Sequence record: PP763257.1
Reading direction: 5' to 3' (one strand)
Source: Acinetobacter phage Ab5
DNA: 64,000 nt
In this document: piece after piece, positions 38,186 through 48,112 of the stretch
Layout of the letters: each line of letters opens with the position of its first letter
Position numbering within the stretch: position 1 is the stretch's first letter
The notes under the pieces: model-generated
Databases searched by the model: none
What the model was told of the DNA's origin: nothing
Seen by the model: only the letters and a program-made list of their open reading frames with translations
Translations under genes and position numbers: made by a program

Positions 38186-38602
38186 ATGGACTTCTTCTTA
38201 GATCAAAACACAAAAGACCTTGTTTTAGTAGATGGTGATTTTAAGATTATTACAACACAACAAGAACAACTAATGCAACGATTATTTATTAGATTAAAAA
38301 CGTTTGCGAGAGATTTATTCTGGAACCCTTCTTACGGTATTGATTACTTAAACAAGGTTTATGGCTTAAATAGAAATAAAAATACAGTTGATGCTTTACT
38401 GTTAAGTGAAATTCAAAAAGAAGAAATGGTTGAGTCGGTGACTTATTTTGAATCTGAAATACAGAATTATAAATACGGATGTAAGTTTTCAGTTAGATTA
38501 CTCTCTGTTGATATTCCAATAATTTTCTACACTTTGGTTACTGAAAACGGATTAACACTCACAGATGAGAACGGAAATATTCTCACTGCTCAATTAGCTT
38601 AG
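38186..38602 (+). CDS. baseplate wedge protein gpW/gp25-like
   Basis: 138 aa. RLFIRLKTFARDLFWNPSYGIDY resembles the GPW/gp25 core. Position before the J-like gene. Confidence 0.5.
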   Translation: MDFFLDQNTKDLVLVDGDFKIITTQQEQLMQRLFIRLKTFARDLFWNPSYGIDYLNKVYGLNRNKNTVDALLLSEIQKEEMVESVTYFESEIQNYKYGCKFSVRLLSVDIPIIFYTLVTENGLTLTDENGNILTAQLA

Positions 38603-38610
38603 GAGAAATA

Positions 38611-40065
38611 ATGACTATATCGTTTAGTGAGACAGGGATTGTTGTCGACACACAAGAACAAATTAGAGACCAAATGGCAGCTAATGCTAAGGTTAACTTA
38701 GCTCCATTCTTAGGACAAACAGAATTAAAAACAGATGATTCTAGCGTTATTGGCAGGCACTTAGCAACTGTAGCAAGACCAGCAGCACAGAACGCTGAAT
38801 TACTGCAACCAATCTTAGATCAATTTGATCTTAATAAAGCACAAGGTGTGCAATTAGATAACATTCTCTGGAGAATTCACCGCATAAAACGAAAAGGATT
38901 GTCCCAAGCCGAAGGATTGCTCATGTTGTTTGGTGATGTCGGCACAGTTGTTTCAGAAGGTAGTGAGGTATCTAATAGTAAAACAGGTGATGTTTATTCT
39001 ATAAACAATGATGTCACTTTTAATGAAAACGACTGTAATGGTATTGAGATTGTTATATCTTCTGTAGGTGGAACATATACAATAAATTATTCTGTTAATG
39101 GTTTCTTATCAGAATCACCAAGTGTTGTCGTAACTACAGGTGTTAATGATACTACAATCCAACATATTGCAGATCGTATTGTAGATGCTGTTAATTCACA
39201 AACTTCATATTTAACAGCTTCTAGAAATAATGATAACAGTGTAAAAATTATTATTACAGATCAAAACAATACTGGTGATTTTTCAGTAACAGGAAGTATC
39301 TCAATCGTAAGAGCTTACAAACCTGTTTATGCAACATCACAAACATATCAAGCTGCTGAAAGTAACGCTGGTGACGTTTCTGTTGTACGAACTACTGTAT
39401 TAGGTTGGAGAGGTGTTACCAATCCTTTTGTTATTGCAGCATCACAAGGTGTTGAGGAAGACCCTGATTATCGTTACAGAGGTAATCTAATTAAAGGTAA
39501 TACCAACACATCTTCTCGTAATTCTCTACTTGCAAGAATTGAAGCTGTTCGTGGGGTAAGTTTTTTAAGTATTCAAGCTAACAACACTCCAAATCCAACA
39601 GGGTCAGGAATTATAAATAATGGATTAGCAATCACTGTTCAAGGTGGTAATGAAGACGATATTGCAATTGCAATTGCTGATGCTATCGCAGATGGTATTG
39701 AAACATCTGGAACGATTACAAAAATCACTAAAGATAAAAACGGTGGTGATAAGATTGTTAGATTCTCAAGACCACAGACTGTTCCGTTGAAGATTTCAAT
39801 GTCTATTACTATTGCTCCAAACTTCCCTACAAATGGTAAGAATTTAATTAAACAAGCTATTGTGGATTGGTTCAATGAATTGAATGTTGGTGATGATATT
39901 TACTATTCTCGTCTATATGAACCAATTAACTCAATTTCTGGATTTAGTGTTCGTAATTTAAAGATTGGTAAATTAGACGGTAGTTATGTGACAGATGATA
40001 TTGTTCTTGGACACAATGAAGTAGCAACAATTAGTGCTGAAAATATATTCATTGGTGGTAGTTAA
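38611..40065 (+). CDS. baseplate J-like protein
   Basis: 484 aa after the gpW-like gene. Gene order as in Mu and P2. Confidence 0.5.
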   Translation: MTISFSETGIVVDTQEQIRDQMAANAKVNLAPFLGQTELKTDDSSVIGRHLATVARPAAQNAELLQPILDQFDLNKAQGVQLDNILWRIHRIKRKGLSQAEGLLMLFGDVGTVVSEGSEVSNSKTGDVYSINNDVTFNENDCNGIEIVISSVGGTYTINYSVNGFLSESPSVVVTTGVNDTTIQHIADRIVDAVNSQTSYLTASRNNDNSVKIIITDQNNTGDFSVTGSISIVRAYKPVYATSQTYQAAESNAGDVSVVRTTVLGWRGVTNPFVIAASQGVEEDPDYRYRGNLIKGNTNTSSRNSLLARIEAVRGVSFLSIQANNTPNPTGSGIINNGLAITVQGGNEDDIAIAIADAIADGIETSGTITKITKDKNGGDKIVRFSRPQTVPLKISMSITIAPNFPTNGKNLIKQAIVDWFNELNVGDDIYYSRLYEPINSISGFSVRNLKIGKLDGSYVTDDIVLGHNEVATISAENIFIGGS

Positions 40066-40075
40066 GGATTAGATC

Positions 40076-40699
40076 ATGACTATATTAAACAAAGATTATG
40101 TTAGTGAAGCAAGAGAAGGTAGCTCTTCTCTTCTTAATCAGAGTCCGATATATCAAGCATTCTTATCTGCAATTATTGAATATTATGATGAACAGGAAAA
40201 GGATTTAATTTGGTTGTCTGAGAATCTTTTAAATGAAGATGTTGCAGAAAAATGGCATTTAGATTTTATTGGAATGATTGTTGGACAGCCAAGATTACTA
40301 GTTTCATTTAATACAGAACCTTACTTCGGATTCGAAGGAAGCTATCAATCAGAGACTTTCTCAACAGCATCTAATCCTGAGCTTGGTGGTTATTGGAATG
40401 GTATGGATAACTTTAACACATCATCTGCTAGAAGATTGAATGATGAAGAATATAGAAGAGTAATTAAAGCAAGAGTTATTTTCAATAATAGTTTTTGTAC
40501 AAGAAATGACTTGTTAAATGTAATTAATTTATTAACAGGTAATACATCTGCATCAATTACACAACCTAGTCATGGTTTATTAAAGATCAGAGCTATAGAC
40601 ACACAAGGATTGTTATCTTATTTCATGTCAAGAATAGATTTAGATGACAATATCCTACCTATTGCTCTAGGCGTTAGAGCAGAACAAGTGGAGGTATAA
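40076..40699 (+). CDS. baseplate/tail protein gpI-like
   Basis: 207 aa after J. Order. Confidence 0.4.
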   Translation: MTILNKDYVSEAREGSSSLLNQSPIYQAFLSAIIEYYDEQEKDLIWLSENLLNEDVAEKWHLDFIGMIVGQPRLLVSFNTEPYFGFEGSYQSETFSTASNPELGGYWNGMDNFNTSSARRLNDEEYRRVIKARVIFNNSFCTRNDLLNVINLLTGNTSASITQPSHGLLKIRAIDTQGLLSYFMSRIDLDDNILPIALGVRAEQVEV

Positions 40700-40700
40700 A

Positions 40701-41747
40701 ATGTCTGTAGTTAGCAGACCAGATTATTCAGTTGGTGTATGGGCATCAAATGGTGATATTGCAGCACCAACATCTGAAAAAATTGAGATTGGACACATTG
40801 TAGAAAAACCTCTCAAAGAGGTGATGAATTGGATTCAAAACAGACAAGATCGCGGTATTGTCTATTTAATGCAACAAGGTATCTCAGAATGGGTTTCGAC
40901 AGAAACTTATCCTTTGAATGCGTATGTTAAAAGAAGTGGCGTTATCTATAAAGCCTCTACGCAAAACGAAGATCGTGACCCTTTATCAAATCCTGATATT
41001 TGGAAATTAGCATTTGATACATATGGTAGTGCAGCAGCAGTTCAGCTTGAAGTAGATAAGATTAAAAGTGAAGAAGGATATCTTGATTTATATGTAAGTA
41101 AAAACAATCCTGTTTTAAACTCAAGAGCAGAAGGCGTTTCTTATGTTGCAGCAGAAGGTCTTCCAACTCTTACAAGTGATGAATATGGATATACTTTTAA
41201 AAATCATCTATTAAGTGGGCTATTTATCGCTGGTAATGATCCTGTTATATTAAAAGATGGTGCAGAAGTTGCTAGGTTCTCTACCCCAACAGACCCTAAT
41301 GAATCTTCTAAGAAAGTTGTCACTATGGACGTTTTGTTAGAATTTATCCAAACATATAAAGTTGGTGATATTTATATTACCACTCAGAATGAAAATCCAT
41401 CTATCAGACTTGGTTACGGTGTTTGGGAAAGGTATGCTGAAGGAAAAGCTTTAGTTGGTTTCAGTTCATCCACTTCAAATCAAATTCCTGAATGGGTTAA
41501 AACAGGAGGTGGTGAATATGGTGAATACTCAACAGTACTAGAACCAAATCATTTACCTAAAAAAACAAACTATACTTATCAAAGATTCACCAACCAAACT
41601 TCTGGTGACATTGTAGTTGGTGGTATAGACCCAAATGGTAATGCGAAATACAATAATATCGAACCTATTTTTGGAACAGTCGGTGATCAACCTCACAACA
41701 ATGTTCAACCATCAATTACCGTTTATGTTTGGCGAAGAATTAGTTAA
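40701..41747 (+). CDS. tail fibre protein
   Basis: 348 aa after the gpI-like gene. Beta-rich. Confidence 0.45.
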   Translation: MSVVSRPDYSVGVWASNGDIAAPTSEKIEIGHIVEKPLKEVMNWIQNRQDRGIVYLMQQGISEWVSTETYPLNAYVKRSGVIYKASTQNEDRDPLSNPDIWKLAFDTYGSAAAVQLEVDKIKSEEGYLDLYVSKNNPVLNSRAEGVSYVAAEGLPTLTSDEYGYTFKNHLLSGLFIAGNDPVILKDGAEVARFSTPTDPNESSKKVVTMDVLLEFIQTYKVGDIYITTQNENPSIRLGYGVWERYAEGKALVGFSSSTSNQIPEWVKTGGGEYGEYSTVLEPNHLPKKTNYTYQRFTNQTSGDIVVGGIDPNGNAKYNNIEPIFGTVGDQPHNNVQPSITVYVWRRIS

Positions 41748-41769
41748 TAGTTAATCAAGGGGAAGATAA

Positions 41770-42168
41770 GTGGAAGGCACAAGCACCACATCTATTATAG
41801 GTCTACTAAAGTTTTTATACCCTTCCTTAATTGGAAGTGCTTTAGCAGTATGGTATAAAAGAAATGATGTAAAATGGAAGGATAAAACTTTAGGTGAGAA
41901 ATTATTTTATAGCTTAGTAGGTATTGGTGCAATTGTTGTTGGTGTTTCCATTGGTCTAGCATTAGGTAATGCACTTATTATTTACTTTGGACTTGTTGAA
42001 TATTGGTATTGTTTTGGTGTTTACATGTTCTCAAGTCTATCATCACTAAAACTATTAGATGCTGTTGTAAAAAATAGTGATGAAATATTATCAACTGTTT
42101 TTTCTGGTGTCAAGGACGTTGTAAAAACATTCTTTGATACCTTGACATCTAGGTGGAAAAATAAATGA
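41770..42168 (+). CDS. holin-like membrane protein (possible antiholin or second holin)
   Basis: Two or three TM segments. GTG start. Confidence 0.4.
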   Translation: MEGTSTTSIIGLLKFLYPSLIGSALAVWYKRNDVKWKDKTLGEKLFYSLVGIGAIVVGVSIGLALGNALIIYFGLVEYWYCFGVYMFSSLSSLKLLDAVVKNSDEILSTVFSGVKDVVKTFFDTLTSRWKNK

Positions 42169-42476
42169 TTATTTATATCGCTCTAATACAACTACTCCTT
42201 TTAATTAATACAATTATTATTTTCATATGTGAACATAGCCCACTTTGGGCTAACACATGGAAAAGTGTACTCATTCGATTCATTGTAGCAATTATCCTTT
42301 TAGTAATTGGTAACTATGTTCCATTACTTGCCTTGTTACCTTATTGGATTACATTTGCTGCTTTCTTCTTATCAATTGTGACCACTGCAATGCTTATCAA
42401 ATATGTAATGGTTGAATACTTTGAACGTGTAAGAAGAGTTTCAAGATTAAGGAGAAGAAAAAGAAATGAAGATTAA
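42165..42476 (+). CDS. holin
   Basis: Three TM segments plus a highly basic C-terminus RVRRVSRLRRRKRNED. Immediately upstream of the endolysin. Confidence 0.55.
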   Translation: MIIYIALIQLLLLINTIIIFICEHSPLWANTWKSVLIRFIVAIILLVIGNYVPLLALLPYWITFAAFFLSIVTTAMLIKYVMVEYFERVRRVSRLRRRKRNED

Positions 42477-43062
42477 TTTTGACAAAATTAGAAATTCACT
42501 ATTTGGTGGAAAATTAAAACAAACACAAGTTGATGGTATTAACTCTATCCTAGAATCAATCAATAAACATGGTATTTCTAAAGAACAGGTTGCATATGTT
42601 TTTGCTACTGTTTATCACGAAACAGCTAGAACCATGCAACCAATTGAAGAGTATGGTAAAGGAAAAGGTAGACCATACGGAACTTGGTATAAGAATTCTA
42701 AAGGTGAGTTATTCTCTTGGAAGAATGGTAATAAGAACACAGCTTATTTATACAAAGATTATCCACACCTATATTATGGTAGATCATTTCCACAATTAAC
42801 GTGGTTTGATAATTACGAAAAAGCGGGGAAGATTCTTAATGTTGATTTTTTAAGAAATCCTTCATTAGTTATGGACTTAAAATACGCATCTGAAATCCTA
42901 GTTGTAGGGATGATGGATGGTTGGTTTACACACAAGAAATTATCAGATTATATTAATCATTCTAAAAAAGATTATTACAACGCAAGAAAAATCATAAACG
43001 GAACAGATAAAGCAGCATTAATTGCTGAATATGCTTCTGAGTTTGAAGACGCATTATTTTAA
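42466..43062 (+). CDS. endolysin, glycoside hydrolase family 19 (chitinase-like lysozyme)
   Basis: VAYVFATVYHETARTMQPIEEYG and YYGRSFPQLTWFDNYEKAG match the GH19 catalytic-Glu and YYGRGPIQLTWNYNYG signatures. Confidence 0.8.
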   Translation: MKINFDKIRNSLFGGKLKQTQVDGINSILESINKHGISKEQVAYVFATVYHETARTMQPIEEYGKGKGRPYGTWYKNSKGELFSWKNGNKNTAYLYKDYPHLYYGRSFPQLTWFDNYEKAGKILNVDFLRNPSLVMDLKYASEILVVGMMDGWFTHKKLSDYINHSKKDYYNARKIINGTDKAALIAEYASEFEDALF

Positions 43063-43071
43063 GAGGGAAAA

Positions 43072-45345
43072 ATGGCTAGTACAAAAATACAAAATCTTCC
43101 ACTAAAAGCTCCCATTGGAGCAATGAAGATTCCTACTGGTGGCTTTGGTGACTACAGTATTACAGTTAGTAGTATTGGAGATTTTATTATTGATGCATTT
43201 AATCTAGCCACTAAAGATTATGTAGACAACATTCTTATTGAGAAAGAAGATCGAATAGACACAACAGGTGGTTATCTTACCCCTACATCTCAAAATGCAA
43301 GTATCCCCGATACGACTAATGATGTCATTGATGAAGTCGCTCAAGCACTTCTTGATCGAATTGAATATGTTAAGGATAATTTCAGTTCTGCACCTTCCCA
43401 TAATGAGTTAGTAGGTAGAAGTGCTACAGGAGCGCACCCATCAACTTCTATTTCACATAAATCTGGAACTGTTTATACATACTTACAACAAAATGAATCT
43501 GACCTAAATAATTTAAATAATGTTGTTGTTCCTGAAATTAATAATTCGTTAGCAACAAAACAAGAATTAATTGAAACAGGTGAAGCACTAACCCCTGTTT
43601 CTACTCAGTCACCAGTTCCTTCTGTATCACATACAGGTCTAAATAGTGCAATTCAAGCATTACTTAATCGTACAGAGTGGTTGAAAAATAATAACTCCGT
43701 TAAATCAGTAAATAATAAAACTGGTGATGTTGTATTAACTCCAAGCGATATTGCAACTACTGGAACAAATAAATTAAATCCGACACCATCGCTGGTTGAT
43801 GTTCCAGAGCTTCTAGATAAGAATGGTGTGAGAGATACAAACGCAAACGCTCAAGCTCAGGCATTATTAAACTTATCATACTATGCTATAGATTCATTAA
43901 AAGGTGTACCTCTGACTGTTGATAATTTTGGGGCGAAGGGAGATGGTGTAACCGATGATTCGGCAGCTTTTCAGGCATACGTAGATAGTCCACTAACAGG
44001 AATGAATGTTCATCTAGGTGCAAGAGGTCGTTATAAAATATCAAAACAAGTTGATCTAAAAGGGAAAAATCTCATTGGTTCTGGAATGGGTAGAATTAGT
44101 GAATTTTACTACAACCTTTCTTGCATCGATGTTGATGGTTCTAGTGCTGATTTACTGAATAAAACGACATTTTTAAATTGTGGCCCAATGATCCATAACT
44201 TAACAGTACGGTGTTCTAACGGTGCTGGCAAGCAAGTATCTTTTATCGAAATTGATGGATATCTTGCAAATATTCAAAATGTTTCAATGGTTAATTTTTA
44301 CAATCAAATTACAGTTAAGAATGCTCTAGTTGGTTTCTATTGCAAAAACATTTGGTCTTATTACTCTCAAAATTCAGGTATATACTGTGACGACCCAGAT
44401 AATCGAGTCAGCACAACTGGCGTATTTGATAGCATATATTTTCAGCTTGGTGACGGTTATGCGATGAAATTTAACAGAGATATACATGGTTGTCAGTTTG
44501 ATAATATTATCTATGAGTCAATGAACGGTGGAATCCGCGCAAGAACAGTAGCAACTTGTGATTTTGGTCAATTTTGGTGTGAAAACTTAAAGACAGAGAC
44601 GTCAAAACCCTGGCTTGAAGTTGTTGGAACATCCAATAGTTGCTACGGAAACACATTTAAAGGTTATATTAAGTTGCTTGGTGGTTGGACTGACCCATCA
44701 TCCGCTATAGCTCCATCATCTTCATCTAATAATTATGGCGGAGTGAGTGTTAGTAGTAATGGTGTAGCTATTGGTAGCGCTAGCAATAACGCAAAAATGA
44801 CAATGGTATCTACTGGTTTTAGAACTGGAAATGGAGTAATACAAGAAACTCGATTAGATCAAACATCCACCACTCCGATATCTAAATCAAGATTGATTGG
44901 CGCGGATGGGGCGGGCGCTCCATATTTAGCTGCTGATACTTACACCAAGCTGTCTAGAAAGTGGGCGACATACAATCACGGATCAAACAATACTGGGGCA
45001 TTTTACGCACCTATGATGTTGACTTACGACCAATCATTTTCAACACCACAAATTAACAATGGTTGGCAAATCGTTAAAGAATCTACTGGCGTTTATCGGG
45101 TTGAACGTGTTTCTGGGAATACTTCGGTAATCACAAATGGGCATATTGTTGTTGGCTCACCACTAATGGGAAGTCGAAAAGGTAGTGGCGCAGCAGCAAT
45201 GCACGGATTGCAAATGATAGATACGTATACAGATTCATGGGCGTTATACGCAGAAGCCGCTGGGTTCAAGGTTTTTTGGAAGGATTACGCCAATAATCCG
45301 GTAGACCCTTACAGATTTTCTGTTGCATTTACAGCAACGAGCTAA
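43072..45345 (+). CDS. tailspike/tail fibre with a pectate-lyase-like beta-helix domain (putative depolymerase)
   Basis: FGAKGDGVTDDSAAFQAY, typical of right-handed beta-helix tailspikes. N-terminus homologous to 45456..46331. Confidence 0.6.
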   Translation: MASTKIQNLPLKAPIGAMKIPTGGFGDYSITVSSIGDFIIDAFNLATKDYVDNILIEKEDRIDTTGGYLTPTSQNASIPDTTNDVIDEVAQALLDRIEYVKDNFSSAPSHNELVGRSATGAHPSTSISHKSGTVYTYLQQNESDLNNLNNVVVPEINNSLATKQELIETGEALTPVSTQSPVPSVSHTGLNSAIQALLNRTEWLKNNNSVKSVNNKTGDVVLTPSDIATTGTNKLNPTPSLVDVPELLDKNGVRDTNANAQAQALLNLSYYAIDSLKGVPLTVDNFGAKGDGVTDDSAAFQAYVDSPLTGMNVHLGARGRYKISKQVDLKGKNLIGSGMGRISEFYYNLSCIDVDGSSADLLNKTTFLNCGPMIHNLTVRCSNGAGKQVSFIEIDGYLANIQNVSMVNFYNQITVKNALVGFYCKNIWSYYSQNSGIYCDDPDNRVSTTGVFDSIYFQLGDGYAMKFNRDIHGCQFDNIIYESMNGGIRARTVATCDFGQFWCENLKTETSKPWLEVVGTSNSCYGNTFKGYIKLLGGWTDPSSAIAPSSSSNNYGGVSVSSNGVAIGSASNNAKMTMVSTGFRTGNGVIQETRLDQTSTTPISKSRLIGADGAGAPYLAADTYTKLSRKWATYNHGSNNTGAFYAPMMLTYDQSFSTPQINNGWQIVKESTGVYRVERVSGNTSVITNGHIVVGSPLMGSRKGSGAAAMHGLQMIDTYTDSWALYAEAAGFKVFWKDYANNPVDPYRFSVAFTATS

Positions 45346-45380
45346 CACAAGAGTAAACCAATTAAAAACCTTGTTATAAT

Positions 45381-45408
45381 AACCCCCATACGTGGGGGTT
45401 ATTTTTAT
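45381..45408 (+). terminator. rho-independent terminator AACCCCCA-tacg-TGGGGGTT + ATTTTTAT
   Basis: Perfect 8-bp GC-rich stem after the tailspike stop. Confidence 0.65.
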
Positions 45409-45455
45409 GACATTAACTAGAAGGGCATAACTTGAAATAATAAAGAGGAAAATAA

Positions 45456-46331
45456 GTGGCAGATTTAAGAATTGCTGATGCTCCAGAAATAGCATTAGAA
45501 AATATAACAGGAAACGAAAAAGTTCCTACTGGTGGCTACGGTAATTCAGCAGTCACTATTAACAACTTAGGGCAGTTTGCAAAAACTGCTTTATCTTTAG
45601 CAACAGAATCACATGTTTCAAATGCTGTTGGTCAAAAAGAAGATAAGATAACTTTAACAGGTGTTGATTTAACACCTAGCTCAACATATTCTGATATTCC
45701 TCAAACAAATAACAATGTTTTGAACACCGTTCATCAAGACTTATTAAATCGTATGGAGTGGATTAAGGATAACGTTGTAGTTGTTACTGACCACCAAGCT
45801 TTACAGAACAGGAATGCTAGTAATACACATCCAAGTACCTCAATTTCACACAACGGAGCATCCAATGTTTCTATTGAAATTGAGGAATTAAAGAATGATG
45901 TACTGACAATTAATACAGAGACTATTCCTGAACTAAGCAATACCCTTATTGGTAAGCAAGATGTAATTGTTAATGATACTAACTTAACACCGACTTCCGT
46001 TTTAAGTCCTGTACCTTCAACCAATAACCCATCTTTAAATTCATCTCTACAAGCTCTGATGAATAGGATTGAATATTATAGAGTTGGAGTTAGGTTTACA
46101 GGAAATTATGATTTTCCATCTGTAGCAGCAGGTCAACAAGTATCAACAACAATCACCACAACAGGTTTGGTTGTTGGAGATCATGTTTCTGTCACACTTA
46201 GTGCTCCTCTACAAGGTTGTTCAATTAGGGGTGAAGTTACCAGTTCTAATACAACAACAGTTTACTTATTTAATCCAACAGGAGCTAGTGTTGACATAGG
46301 TTCAGCAACCATTTCAGTTCTTAAATTATAA
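45456..46331 (+). CDS. tail fibre protein 2 (GTG start) sharing its N-terminal anchor with the tailspike
   Basis: N-terminal similarity (..PTGGxG.., QKEDxIxxTG). Repeated HPSTSISH and LLNRxEWxKxN motifs in both proteins. Confidence 0.55.
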   Translation: MADLRIADAPEIALENITGNEKVPTGGYGNSAVTINNLGQFAKTALSLATESHVSNAVGQKEDKITLTGVDLTPSSTYSDIPQTNNNVLNTVHQDLLNRMEWIKDNVVVVTDHQALQNRNASNTHPSTSISHNGASNVSIEIEELKNDVLTINTETIPELSNTLIGKQDVIVNDTNLTPTSVLSPVPSTNNPSLNSSLQALMNRIEYYRVGVRFTGNYDFPSVAAGQQVSTTITTTGLVVGDHVSVTLSAPLQGCSIRGEVTSSNTTTVYLFNPTGASVDIGSATISVLKL

Positions 46332-46336
46332 AATAA

Positions 46337-46371
46337 AAGACAACTATCATTTTTGATAGTTGTCTTTTTTA
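46337..46371 (+). terminator. rho-independent terminator AAGACAACTATCA-tttt-TGATAGTTGTCTT + TTTTT
   Basis: Perfect 13-bp stem, then a T-run, at the end of the structural module. Confidence 0.7.
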
Positions 46372-46565
46372 CGTCTATTGTTTTATCAAAATGATAAAAT
46401 CGAATTTATCAAATAGATTTACTATAGTTCATTTTGAATTACTGTAGTTCACATTGATAATTTGTTTAATAAGACAAATAGGTTTTAAATATGTTCTAAA
46501 TAAGAGATTTGACAAAAGAAAAAGAAGTGACTATCATTCGATTTGTTTTGTTGTAGGAGGTTTTT
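46371..46565. promoter_or_regulatory. intergenic control region with direct repeats TTATCAAA x2 and TAGTTCAyNTTGA x2
   Basis: Repeats read directly upstream of the DNA-binding protein gene. Confidence 0.3.
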
Positions 46566-47444
46566 GTGTTTAAAGGTTTAATTTCAGAAGTAGCAAAAGA
46601 TGCTGGTCGTAGTGCAGCATTAATCATTAATCAATTATTTCAATGGTATAAAGGAAGTAATTCAAAAAAGATTTACCGTACAAATCAAGAGTTACATGAT
46701 GATTTGTGTGGAATCATGTCTACAGCAACAATTCAACGTTGTAAAAAAAGATTGATTGAGAAAGGTTATATTGAAGTTTCTTTTGATAAAGGTTTGAATC
46801 GTGTAACTCACTATTCACTTACAAAGAAAGCTTTAGAATTATTGGATAGCTCTAAAACATCTTCAGAAGCCCGTAGTGAGAAAAAAGAAGGAAAAGGTAG
46901 TGGTGTACCACACACTCCTAAAACATCACCACAACGTGCTAAAACAGGTATTAAAAAGGGTGCTATTGTACACTCATACGGAAATGTCAAATCAATGAAG
47001 GAATGTTTTGAAGAAGGAAGTGATAACAAGAATGCAGATCGTTCTTTAACTCTATCTGAACGACTAGCTCTGATGAAAGGAGAAAAGATTGATTTAAACA
47101 AGCATAATGACGCTTTAGAGCAATGTTTAGATGAAAGTGGTACAAACGTACCAGACAACATTAAAAATGTCTCTATGGAGCTTATAGACAGCTTAAATGA
47201 GGTGTGTAGTGTTAATGAAGAAGATGAACATTTAAATGCTCTATCACAACATGATTACGATGAATGTGATCTTGCTATGTTGAATTCTTTGAATAAGCAA
47301 CAAGAACATTTGACAGATGATAAGTTGACTGTTGGTCAATTATTAGGTAATATTGGTTCTGTATATAAATCAGGTGTGTCAGAAGCTAGAGAAAGAATCT
47401 ATCAGATGTCACAATTACAAAATGGTTACTTGGAGGATTATTGA
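46566..47444 (+). CDS. putative DNA-binding protein (winged-helix-like N-terminus), GTG start after AGGAGG
   Basis: N-terminal region ...IMSTATIQRCKKRLIEKGYIEV resembles wHTH replication/regulator proteins. First gene of the replication module. Confidence 0.35.
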   Translation: MFKGLISEVAKDAGRSAALIINQLFQWYKGSNSKKIYRTNQELHDDLCGIMSTATIQRCKKRLIEKGYIEVSFDKGLNRVTHYSLTKKALELLDSSKTSSEARSEKKEGKGSGVPHTPKTSPQRAKTGIKKGAIVHSYGNVKSMKECFEEGSDNKNADRSLTLSERLALMKGEKIDLNKHNDALEQCLDESGTNVPDNIKNVSMELIDSLNEVCSVNEEDEHLNALSQHDYDECDLAMLNSLNKQQEHLTDDKLTVGQLLGNIGSVYKSGVSEARERIYQMSQLQNGYLEDY

Positions 47445-47566
47445 TGAAGAAGCTTTGTTATAGATGTTTGAATTATGACTACCCGTCAACAAGGAATAAA
47501 TCTGGTTATGGGCAAACGTTATTTCAGTGTTGTTCTAAATGTAAATGTTTTGTTTTCTTTAGTTGA
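47444..47566 (+). CDS. small Cys-rich zinc-ribbon protein (40 aa), not in the ORF track
   Basis: MKKLCYRCLNYDYPSTRNKSGYGQTLFQCCSKCKCFVFFS. GGAGG RBS. ATG overlaps the upstream TGA. Confidence 0.35.
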   Translation: MKKLCYRCLNYDYPSTRNKSGYGQTLFQCCSKCKCFVFFS

Positions 47567-47575
47567 GGAGTATTT

Positions 47576-47833
47576 ATGAGACATGATCATAATGAAGTAT
47601 ATGCAACACTTAGAAAGATGAATGAAAATATTGAAACCTATGAAGAGAAGATTGATAAGCGTTGTAAGAGAACAAAAGATATTATTTCTGAAAATATTGA
47701 AAAGCTTTATGATGTTGGATTTGATTTAGATTATTTTCAAGATTATACTGGTGATGAAAATCTTAAAGAAGCTTCTGAATTAATTAATAAATCATTGGAA
47801 TTAATGAAGAAGTTTGTGAGTAGTGTAAAATGA
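47576..47833 (+). CDS. hypothetical protein
   Basis: ORF track. RBS GAGGAG. Confidence 0.45.
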   Translation: MRHDHNEVYATLRKMNENIETYEEKIDKRCKRTKDIISENIEKLYDVGFDLDYFQDYTGDENLKEASELINKSLELMKKFVSSVK

Positions 47834-48105
47834 CTTACATATTTGATGTAAACAGCGAGATTCGGTGGTTGTATGATCATAGATTCGTTTGGGATTATTA
47901 TGGAGTTGATATACCAGATGGAAAACCTTATATCTTTGCAAGAACTAAAAGATGGAGTATAGGTTGCACAAGAATTAAAGGTGAGTTGTTCTTTGAGTGT
48001 TACTACAGAGATTCTGAAACATACGATTATAGTAGTATTTATATAGAAGATGTTTTAGAATATATAAATAGTATACATGGTGATGAAGAGTTAGTTTTTT
48101 ATTGA
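47830..48105 (+). CDS. hypothetical protein
   Basis: ATGA coupling. Confidence 0.45.
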   Translation: MTYIFDVNSEIRWLYDHRFVWDYYGVDIPDGKPYIFARTKRWSIGCTRIKGELFFECYYRDSETYDYSSIYIEDVLEYINSIHGDEELVFY

Positions 48106-48112
48106 TTAGGAG

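Noticed and set aside
22461-46024. Minus-strand track ORFs inside + strand structural genes (22461..22649, 24427..24684, 28850..29053, 31981..32465, 32710..33051, 34138..34461, 35253..35558, 37013..37686, 39639..39875, 43204..43401, 45244..45495, 45734..46024), plus same-strand internal ORFs 24374..24652, 26976..27188, 42569..42799 and 56186..56386
   Set aside because: They are fully embedded in longer, well-supported genes with RBSs and coupling. No independent support.
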